Assembly: GCA_040954595.2 (NCBI GenBank) | Contig: CM082581.2 | Location: 10,291,099 to 10,355,098 of the forward strand | Direction: 5' to 3' | From: Balanoglossus misakiensis | Lineage: Eukaryota > Animalia > Hemichordata | DNA length: 64,000 nucleotides | Shown: one piece after another, positions 12,221-23,100 of the stretch | How positions within the stretch are numbered: position 1 is the first letter of the stretch | Layout of the letters: every line of letters begins with the position of its first letter | Notes under the pieces: model-generated | The model's database searches: none | Seen by the model: the letters and a program-made list of their open reading frames with translations, nothing else | Told to the model about the DNA's origin: nothing | Program-made: the position numbers and the translations under genes

Positions 12221-15200
12221 CTATTTACCAAATGGCACTGTCCTCCCACATGGCCTGAATGGCGCTGTTGAAACTGGAGTCATTCTCATCGTCCCTTTCC
12301 TTCTTCTTTCTTCTCTCTCTCTCATCTCTTTCTTTCTCTCCCACTCTTCATACGCTTTCGTGCTTTCCATTTCCTTCTCTTCTCTCTCCTTTTGCTCTTT
12401 TTCCTTGGCCTCCTGTTCTTGTGATTTTTGCTCTTTGTATTTTCTCTGCACTTTCTTGTCGGCATCTTTTTTCCTGTTGTCAAATTTTGAAAGGTGATGC
12501 ATCAACATTTTATACAAATATGGGCATATGTATTGTAAACTAGAGGTGTTATTAATCCTTTAACCAGAAGGGAACAATCTCCCAAAATACACTGGCACCT
12601 ACCATGTGTCGTATGCAGAATTAGCATGTTTTGCTTTCCTTTTCTTCTCACGTTTCTCCTCCTTAGCTTTCTTCTCTTCCTCTTTCTGTTTCTCCTTGTG
12701 TTTATCCACAAGCTCTACGTCCTTTGTTGCCTTCCAGGATTTGAACAGCTGTGAAACAAACAATATTACATCAACAAATATATCCCACCTCAAGTACTGA
12801 AATGACCACAAGATCAATCCCTTCGCAACCATGCCTTGGTCCAAATCCATTGTTTGCAATGGCAAAGTTGACCTCTACAGAGGGAAATAGGTGGTGATAA
12901 AGTGTCACAATGATTGTCTCGTACCTTTTCAGATTCATATTTCTTCCTTTCTTTTTCCTCCTCTTTTTCTCTCTCTTTCTCCTTTTTCTTGGCTTCTTGT
13001 TTGGCCTTTGCCTTCAGTTTCTCCTCTTTCTGTTCTTTCCATGCTCTGAAGCTTAACTCTGCCTCCAGTAGTCTGTCTTTCTCCTCCTGAGATAACATAG
13101 CAAATATTCCAATGACAGACAACACGATACACCCTCATCTCCACATTTCCAAAGACTACAAAATTCTAGACAAGAATGTCACATAGGTTACGCCATGATC
13201 AATAATTTCCATTACCTGTTCCTTTTTCTCTTTTTCTTCTTTTTCTTTCTTCAGCCTTGCCCTCTTCTCGGCCTTGGCTCTGGCCATTTTCTGCTCATAC
13301 CAGTCTACATAGATGGCTTCCCTGATGGTAGTGGAGTCCTCAATGCTTGAGGTTGTTGACCGTGCAGTCAACGACATTGTGCTTGTACTTGTGTCTGTTC
13401 TTGCAGTTAGTGACTGGTTCAACCTACCACTTGCTGAAAGCGGCCGGGTTCTAACTTTTGGCGTTATCACTCGTGTGCGCGTGCGAGATCTCTCAGTGGT
13501 TGATGGTCTCTCTCTAGCATTTCTGTCAACGAATATTACACATGTATGAAGTCAGAAACCATTCAAAATTGAAGATTAGGTGTGACTGTGATATTTTCCC
13601 CCTTGAGCAAGGCACTTTACTTCAATGAAATTCCATGGAATTTGTTAGAATGATACAAATACCAAAATTTGCTGGTTATTCCTTATGCTCAAGGCACACA
13701 AACTGACAATCACACTATGGCTACAGTACCTGAACTCCTTGGCAACATCACTGTCTGTTGTGATGTATCTCATTCTTTGTGTTTGGTCATAATTTTCTTC
13801 ATCATCAGAGTCTTCCAGTAGCTGAAAGACAAATTCAAAATTCAAAGCTATCAGTCATAGCTCATCCCCTCAGTGTATCAATGGATTTAAAATGGGGAAC
13901 AACACAAATGTTTCTGGGGTTCCCAAATCATTGATCAAGACAATTTTTGTCCCTAAACACGAAGAAAAGGTCAATGAAGAAGTGACCTAACAGATATCCT
14001 TGAACTTAGAAAAAAAGACGATGAACCAGTGATTAAACCGACAGTACCTTAGGTTTCCTACCACTAGGCGGCCTCTTTGACGTACTGGGAGTTGTTGCCA
14101 ACATCTCATCCACTTTTTCTTCATCTCGCTTAGACCTTGGTGATGGAGTTCCCAGCCTCCCAAGGGTTGTGGGTGGTGAATGCCTCTCCTGTTTGGGTGA
14201 TGGGGATTTTTTCCTTGTTGGTGAGGGTGAACGCCGACCAGCACGACCCTTCCTAGTCAGCTCACTGACTTCATCGTCCGTGTCAAATACTGTGAGGAGT
14301 GAAGTGTTGAAACAAAGTTGGCTTAAAATGTGTTGCTTTCTTGTGAACTTAGTGTGGGAAGATTGCAAATGTACAAATATGGAAGAAGTGTTTTGTCTTA
14401 AGATGTTGACTCAAAACATTTAGCTGTGATGAGTCAAGTGTTAAAATACCAAAGAAAAAACTTAGAACTCTTGATAAATGTACTTACAGGATGATTTCTT
14501 CTTTTTGCCTTTTTTACCGTCTCCATCTTCCTGCAGCTCCTCAAGTATTGATTTCTTTGGCTTTGCCTTGTCTGTCTTTTTAAACTCGTCGTCAGAATCG
14601 CTGTCAAGCAGTGATACTTTTCTTGCTGGTGACTGCGGCCGCCTGGTTTTAAGTTTACCTTTGGTGTCATCTGAATCACTGTCAAAGAGGCTTTTCTTCT
14701 TGGCCATTGTTGGTGACTGTGGGCTCTTTCTGCCAAATGGTGATGGTGACCGCCTTTCATTTCGGAGAACTTCTGTGTCTTTCTTCGTTCCTCGCTTTGG
14801 TTTCACTAGTTCATCTTCCGAGTCGTCTGAGTCTAGTAGGTAAGACTTCGTCTTCTCTTTCTTTTTTGTCGGTGGAGAGCCTTGTTTCATAAACTGGGGA
14901 CTCTTCTTTCCTGATGGGCTAGAATCACGTGAGCTCCTTCGCTGCATTTCTGGTGACCTCTTTGTCCTGAAGAGACTGTCTTCTTTTTCTTTTCTTACTG
15001 AGTCGGGCGAGGCGTCTCTCCTGCCTGGAGAATCCTGACTGCTCAACCGGGGTCGGGGTCGTGGCACAGGTGTCGAGAACGCAGATGATTTTTTGGTAGT
15101 GGAACTAGTATCATCTCCCAGCAAGTCTAAAATGTCCGTAGATCTGCCTTTCTTATCATCAGGTGACGGAGACCTACTTAAACGCCTTGGTGAAGATTTC

Positions 15201-16156
15201 TCTACTTTTTCTATTCCAGACTGATGACGACTTCGTGGGGTTGGTGTTGGTGATTCATTTTTGGCATCCTCTTTTTTGAGAGCTCTTGGGGATGGTTTTG
15301 GGGAGACTTTAGGTGTTAATCTGGGGGAGCTGTCCTTTTTTCCTTTATCCTCATATTTCTTTTCATCCTTTTTTGAATCTGGTGGTCTCCACATAGTCTG
15401 ATTTAGCGCTCCTCCTCTTGGTTTGGCTGATCCTGGCCTGTCCGCTCTCCTGGGTTTCATGGTCATGTTAAACTGCCCCAACAAATCTGCAAGGCAAATT
15501 ATAATTACAGTAGTTGAACTGTTGGGCGTGCAAACCTTAAAGAGTGATGAATTCAGCCTGTATATACTAGTATCTTGCTAGGCTGATGAGTTGAGTTGGT
15601 TTAATTATTGTAAAACATCCTCACCATCATCGTCACTGCCAATGCCATCATCGCTGTCTTCTGATATATCTGGGTCACTGCTAAACCCAGCAGACAACCC
15701 CTTCTTTTTCCTCTCCATCAGTTTGTCCCTTAACTCCTTCTGGAAAGAATCCTTTGGTTTTGGTGACTTGGGAGATGAGGGACTTGCTCTCCAATCTGAA
15801 AGTTATTTACAATGAAGGGCAATGTTAAGTCATATGCCAAATCTATAATCTATGGACCTTGGTACCAAGCCTGCACACATTGCACAAACATACATTGTAG
15901 GGGTAATATTAACGCGTTAGCAGGGTTCAAGGTGATGTGCAAAGGTAAAACACACATCAGAGACAAAACAACAGAGACAAGGGTTATCTAAACCCACACA
16001 GTTGGAAGAAATGATAGCTACTGGCGGGGAGGACTCATTGAATGAAAATGATTATCTTGTCTCTGCACATCCTCCATCATGAAAATGACAAAATCGAATA
16101 AATTACTGTGATACATCACCTTGTTTATACCCAGGTGATGACTTATCTTCTGGCAT
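12221..16156 (-). CDS. MAP9: Microtubule-associated protein 9 (MAP9/ASAP)-like, ~802 aa
   Basis: Coding exons 16120-16156, 15625-15795, 14488-15486, 14048-14289, 13730-13821, 13216-13522, 12925-13086, 12603-12748, 12221-12473; 2409 nt, phases consistent. N-terminal SFQKELRDKL resembles MAP9 TFQDEL. A long S/P/K/D-rich disordered region precedes an E/K-rich helix punctuated by IREAIYVDWYEQK, SFRAWKEQK, FKSWKATK, AYDTWKK, AYEEWERKK, and the C-terminus APFRPCGRT resembles MAP9 PPWSPPSRT. The first coding exon and ATG are less certain. Confidence 0.8.
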
Positions 16157-16807
16157 TTTTCACAAGGCACTAAACACCAAAACTACCACTGTACAAGCAA
16201 GCAAAAAATAAATAACATGGGAATTGACAAACGTGAATTTCTAGCTGTTACGATACATGCAATGACGAAGTATATTACAGGTGTAATGATGTATGTTTCT
16301 GAATTTCGTACCAAATTTGAGGTGAATATTTGGCAATGTTCTGACAGACTGAATGGTTGTTTCTTTATTCATGGCTTCAGGTACTGTACAACCTCCAATG
16401 CTTCAGCGTGTAGAGGTGCATTCACAGACTCTCTCAAGGTTCTTGTATTGTAATACACACTGACTGTGTACAGTGTAATCATTGTCCTGAGTCATTTCGA
16501 TCGATATTATTATGGCCACTGATATAATGATCAGTGCGCGTAAGTTTGAGTGTGCACGAATTTGAGGTTGTCAAGAACATGTAATAGAAGTGACATTTTT
16601 ATTTTTGTTACATGGGTTGACATATCAGTGTTCTTATACAAAGTAGGCGGACGTACAAGTGTAACTAAGGACGCCTTTTCACAGCTGTCATTGTCACGAC
16701 CTAGGGACACACAGGGCCAGGACACAGTGACCGCAATTTCGAGCTGCTCTTCCAACCTAATCGAATACAAATATATCTATTATAATATCAAAAGTATTGT
16801 TACTCAC

Positions 16808-16950
16808 GATTTTAATCCCCTGCTATCGCCACTTGATGAGATCGCGGACAATTGAGGCTACGGGAAATGTAAATGTTGTGTTTTCGCTCGCTACTGGTAT
16901 TTAAAATGATAAAAAAGACACTATTTTCAAACGCCTAATTTGATTGGCCT
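16808..16950 (-). promoter_or_regulatory. Probable non-coding first exon and promoter of the MAP9-like gene
   Basis: CpG-containing stretch ending in donor GTGAGT (plus 16802-16807); CCAAT box near 16943; the next exon acceptor is at 16170-16171, just upstream of the ATG. Confidence 0.45.
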
Positions 16951-17482
16951 CTTGCAATGCAGGCGCCCTCAAATGATATAAAGATTTCTTTAAATTGCTT
17001 CCGTTTTAATTGGTTCTGTAATTTTAGGAATCATTAAAATACTTATATAATTGCAAAATAACCTCTAGAAAATATTTTGTACGTCCATCGATGGCCATGA
17101 ATTTGATATTATTCCCTAAACATTAGTTTTGAGTGGCTAATTCCAGTCATCCAATCAAAAATCGCGATGTAAATAGTAGGAAATAGTTCGCTATGTATTG
17201 TGGGCCAGTCTGAAGTTCTGCATGCTCCATTCTGCCACTGATGGCGCTTGAACATTGTGTGCCTTGTGTGTAAGCTGCAGTTGTACATGATTTAAGGCTT
17301 ATTAAATATCTTAGGAGCAATGTGGTTCAAACCTCAGTAAAAACCAAGGCCAATTTCTAACTCTCCGAGGAGGGTGCTCATTGCAGGCCAGCTGGAGTTT
17401 TTTAAGTTTTGATGGTCTGGTTCTAGATCAGGGGAAAAATTATAACAATGACAAAAGTGAGGATGAAATTAAAATGGACATT

Positions 17483-20125
17483 TTTATTATACATGTATAT
17501 TTATGATAAACAGTAAATGCACAATGACTGAACTGAAAATACACTGAACAAACGTTGTCACCTAAAAGATGGCAGCCTATGTATGAAATGTTGTCTTCTT
17601 TTTCTGACAAATCTCATCACCCAGTCAATGCAATCCAAACATATCACTTAATGATTACACAGACTTCTAGTTCCAATAAACAAACATCTACAACTTATGT
17701 TAATATTTGTCAGTCTTATATTGTAAGAAATAATCTTGTTTTCTTTTAAATATACAGCAAGAATGTTAAATACAGAAAAATATTGCCTAAGAATTAAGTA
17801 CCAAAGATGGGTAGTTTACCTTTCATTTTTACTTTTAGATTTGTACACAAATTATAGGAATGTTTTGAACCAGTTTACCAGGCATATGTTGAACCATTTA
17901 CCTGCTGAGTGTGTCCTACAACCATATAACCAACTGATTGGGTCAGTGGAAAAGTTTGTCTGTTTGAATCAAAGGTATAATACCCATCTCATATGATTCT
18001 TAGGCTCTTTCTTAACTACACATCATAGTCAGAAAAAACTTTATATTTGTATCCTACCACTCGAGGGCAGTATACAGATTGTTACAGTAAGAACAGTAAA
18101 CTTACATGAACAGGCAGTAGTTAGTTTTATAAATCAAGATGGGCAATACAAACTTTATTGCCCCCACTATTATTATACAATAGGCAACACACTTTCTTAT
18201 TGCCCTAGTTTATATGTAATACAATAGGCAACACACTTTATTGCCCTAGTTTGTATGTAATCATCAAAAAAGTGATAATGTACATGCATATGTGATATCA
18301 CTGTATGTTTAAATTCCTACCTATTGTTTGTATTGGTAGTTGTCTACTGATACATAAAATGAGCACATACATGTATAGATTTACCAAATTACCATCAAAT
18401 TATAATGTTAAAGGTGATATCCAGTTCTCTTCTGCTACATTTGTGTTTCTGTAGAGTATTCTGATATAATTCTAATATCTAATTTACAAGTATGTTTGTC
18501 TATATCAACTGCCAATGCAAAACTGGAGGGAGTTAATCTTTCTGGGATTTTTTTTTGCATACGGCGTAGAGGGTTCAGGGAATGGTAAAAAAAAAACAGT
18601 TTGGCTGGCGAAGATTGGGTATGGGTTGGTCTATGGTTTTTTGGTTGAGGTAGACATTTATATAAGGTTCCATGTAAACTACAGTATTAACCTATCATCA
18701 AATAAAATAAAATCCCAACTAAACTTTAACCAAAAATTATATAAAAACCTGGATATTTAATTATTAGTAGCTAAAACCATAGAGTTATGACACAAAAAGT
18801 ACCACAATCACACTTGATAAATCTGTCATTATAAACTTTTCTTTGGAAGGTGGGGGAAACATTACTCAATTTTCGTGGTTCATGCTTATTTCTAGCTATT
18901 GGCTATGAAAACATTTAAAAGATGAAGTTGAACAATTTTTTGCTCAAAATGACAATTTTATACACTCTTAATTTCACTGATCACCACTTCACATTTTGAG
19001 AATGAATATATATGTTCAACTTTCAGCCACCTAGTATGATTTCATAAATGTTTGGGACTTGTATAGTTTATAAGAGCAAATTTTTCTTGTTGGAAAAAAT
19101 TCTTGTCCACTTGTGGTTCGATTTCTGATTACATATGAAGTATGCGCCAAAAATATCCAAATATGGAACTGTTGAAAAGTATTTATCGAAACAGTTTCTT
19201 TTACTCTCTATTTCTTTTGGATCAAAATCACAATGGGATAATTTTTCACAAACGTTCAGAATTTCATGATTTTATGTGTCTTTTCACAAGCAGTAACCTT
19301 ATGGTCCCAAAATAATTTTCATTTTTTTTATTCAGAACAATTTAACCTGATGTGCATGGACCATAAATAGCATAAAAAAATAATAAAGTGACATCTCAGC
19401 TTGTCGCAAGGAAAATTACTTTCGAAATAAATTAAAATTTTATACAATGTTATACTACAGAAGTGAAGGAGCAGCTATTCAATCTGCCAAATGCTTCTGT
19501 TGATGACTTTTGAGAAAACTGAACACTTATTGCCACAGACTTTCTCTGGCTTTCCGACTGTTCAAAATATGAGGGAAAGTAAACTTTACTTCAGCAGAGA
19601 TAAAGATTTCTATTGTTCCCTTTATTGTTCCCTTTATTGTTGCATAACTCTAAAGTGAATACATTGAAAATATCTGCATCGAAGACTTCATAACACACAC
19701 GTGATAATGACAGTAAAAGGTTGACACTAAAATAAACCTCTTGTGCCGGCGAGAAAAAGTATTTCAATGGCGCCATCTATAGGTTCCATCTGTTGATCCT
19801 TTTGTTTTTATAAACTTACTAACCAGGAGTTAATTCACTGCATTCACACTGAGTAAATGCAGCTTCTTTCAAATAACATCAATCCATTTCATATTTATGA
19901 AAAACACACTTTTGTATTTCTATATAACCTTGGGTGCTTCTCAAACAAAAACATAAAAGTCCCTTTTCGACAAAAAAATAATAATTTACAATTGTCCTTT
20001 CTAGGGAGGTAAAATTAGTTGCTTAATATATAAGTCCTCTGATGCTTTAGTGATAAACTGTGTTCATGTAATGAACAGTGTTTTCTGTACACAGTGAAAT
20101 GGCTGATTTTCCCCGCTGCTTGGGT
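17483..20125 (-). other. Probable long Slit 3' UTR with several AATAAA signals
   Basis: AT-rich non-coding tract after the TAA at 20126; minus-strand AATAAA at about 19621 and 19633, 18154, 18237 and 17483-17488. Confidence 0.5.
18141..18261. repeat. Three short related hairpin repeats (GGCAA...TTGCCC)
   Basis: GGGCAATA-caaactt-TATTGCCC (18141-18163), TAGGCAACACACTTTCTTATTGCCCTA (18181-18207), TAGGCAACACACTTTATTGCCCTA (18225-18248); the last two are part of a ~44-bp tandem repeat. Confidence 0.8.
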
Positions 20126-23100
20126 TTACGTCAGTCCTCCACACCACTGGCACGCACACGTTTTCGTGATGGCGATTTCCTTGACGTAGTGCGAGTCGTC
20201 TGCGCAATGGAGCGTCACACTCCTTGTTCTCTGCCTCTGCGGCTGGCAGCACAGGTTGCCACACGCTCCTCTGCACAACATATTACTGATCTGACGCCGA
20301 CTCTTGCAGCCGTTCTCTTCGATGAATTCACGGTATGGCTCACCTGAACATGTGGTTGCTGTGAAATGAGAAGGATCAGTGTTACAATCAGATATTTTTG
20401 GCTACGTCTACTCTACATCATGATGTGTCCAAGCATTTGCATCCCGGAACCTTCATGGTCATCTTGTCTGAGACATGGCTGAAATTTCTAGCTATTAAGC
20501 CATCACACATCTGAGTGCATTTTGTTGTTGCTACTATAATCTTTGGCTGTTCTAAAAACAATTATTTCAAACTAAAGATAAGTTTTGAGATACACGATTT
20601 CCAACATCTGGAATTCTCTGTCTATTGAACATCACATACTTTGTCATGATTGAAGAATGCCTATGGAGCTCGTTGTGGACAACACTTATTCATTCCTGTA
20701 CTTACGTTTGTCGCACATGGGACCCATCCAGCCATCCAGGCAATCGCACGCATAGCTGTTGGAATCGAGCGCACGGCAGAATCCTTTCTTGCACATGTGC
20801 ATCACACACGGATCCGGTCTGTCGTAGGCCGGGCAACCTAGCATAATATCACGCATCTCATCACTTTTGGTGAAATCCACGTATTCTCCGTTGAGTAGAA
20901 CTGTTCTCATGCAACCTGTGAGCGAAGAAAATTAATTTTTTTAAAAAGTAAAGTAGACACTATTGTGGAAGAGATATAGTGTTCTCCTGAGGTATTACTG
21001 ATAGAGTACATATGTTAATTTAGTTTAGACAGACTTCCGGATTAGACAGGATTCAGTTTAGAGAGGTTTCACTGTCAATGTAAGAAACAGATGATTCTAT
21101 TCAGACATACCATTGAAGCTGGTTCCATTCCTAACATGTAACTGTCTCACAGCGAAACTGTTGACTTCTTCAGGCAAGCCACCAATGTACAGAGGAGTCT
21201 CAACATTCAAGTATTCATTTTCACCCGAGTTGACCACAGTTCTTGGAAGGCCATCATCAATGCGCATTGACACGTTTTGCTTGAACAGCACAATTTCCAA
21301 CATGTGGAATCTGCCGTCGTTTATCTTCTCGTTACTGAACATCGTGGAAACCGGATGATTTCCGACATCGTAGCTGACACGAACCCTCCCGTAGAACAGT
21401 TCCACAGCGATGTGGTCCATCAGGCCGTTGAAGAGGAGGATGCCGTTTTCTTGTGTCGTCGCAAATATCATGGTCACGTTCGCCTTGGGTTTGTTGACCA
21501 GTTTGTGATACTGCACGTAGGAGTCCTTCTGGGTGAATGTGACACTGGTGATCATTTCGCATCGGTCGCCATAGAAACCCGGCAGACAATTACAGCCGTA
21601 GTTGTTGGTTTGGTTGTTGAAGTAGCATTGTCCGTTGTTTTTACAGTCGTCCGATTGGCAAGGAGACGTCTGTTGAAGTGAATACACCCTCGGTTGGAAC
21701 TCGCAGTATGTACCACTGTATCCTGATGGACACTTGCAGGCGTAGCCATCATCGTCATCCACACACGTACCGCCATTTTCACATTTGTGGTTACGACAGT
21801 TGTGATTGGTTGAACTGCAGTGAACATCTGTATATCCTGGCAGGCAGTCACATCTGTCAAAAAAAAAAAAAAACACAAATGATAGGTGTATGTCTTACTT
21901 ATGCTTGAAAATTGTGTGGAAAAAACAATGAGAGTGATGTTAAAAACTGAAATCACTTTTGGGTGATCCATATCACAGTTTCAAGACCGTGAACAATCTG
22001 ATTAAACCCTGATTAAAACATTTTGAAAACCACAGATTTGTTTGCATGAGGTGTAAACAAAGTTGATATTATGATATTCACAAAGTGAATGGCAACTTAC
22101 ATGTAACCATCAACTAGATCAACACAGGTGCCTCCATTCTTGCAAGGGTTGATGAACAGCTCACAGAAATCTATGTCCTTTTCACAGTACATACCTAAGA
22201 ACAGAAATATTAAAAGTGACCACATGAAACCGTCTGTGCAATGTACTTCGCTCAAGTTGAATGATGCCAAAAACAAGTACTCCAACCATCGTTTTTTGTG
22301 ACCAGCCTCAGATATGCATGTAGTATATAAGGAGACTCATACCTGTGTATCCTGGTAAACACTGGCATGTGTAGTTGTTGATACCATCTATACATGTGGA
22401 ATTGTGCATGCAGTTATGGTCAAGGCAGTCATCCCTGTTCAGTTCACAGTTATCACCAAGGAATCCCATAGTACATTCACATCTATAAAATCAGAATAAA
22501 AGCATGCAAATTTAGCCATAGTTGCCATGGAGAATTAAGATCTAGCCAATTACAGAGTTAATCAGTTAGGTAGGTACCAATGCACGCAAAACAAGTACAC
22601 CCCTACATAGTATATATGGTCATTGAAGACAGACACGTCCTTTTCACCACATATGGATAGATGTACAATGGAAGTGACTGCACCATTGGTCATTATCAAC
22701 TTCATCATGATTCCCTTACCTGTATCCCTTGCGCTGTTTGTGACACACACCTCCATTTTTGCAAGGCTCGGCATCACACTCATTGATCTCCTCATCACAA
22801 TTCTGACCCTTGAAACCAGACGCACACTTGCAGATGTAGCCCTCGCTGATATCGTCGATACACTCGCCATCGTTGAGACACGGCTGAGACAGGCAGGGAT
22901 CACACTTGGCCATTACGGAGACATCTGGAACTGCTGAAGTCAAGCCAGACCCATGAAAGACAAGGGGTTATGCATTTTGTCTTATACCAGACAAAATTAA
23001 ATAAAGGAACATTCCACACATGTATAGTTTTCAAACTATACATAGCTACAGGTCAAATTTCCATCCTCATCAATGTAAACAATCATGCTAGAACAAGAAA

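Noticed and set aside
15544-15586. GTGATGA...CTGA pair suggesting a C/D snoRNA
   Set aside because: Too short and antisense to the host gene.
18225-18248. Hairpin with AGUG in the loop as an iron-responsive element
   Set aside because: Lacks the CAGUGN loop and the bulged C.
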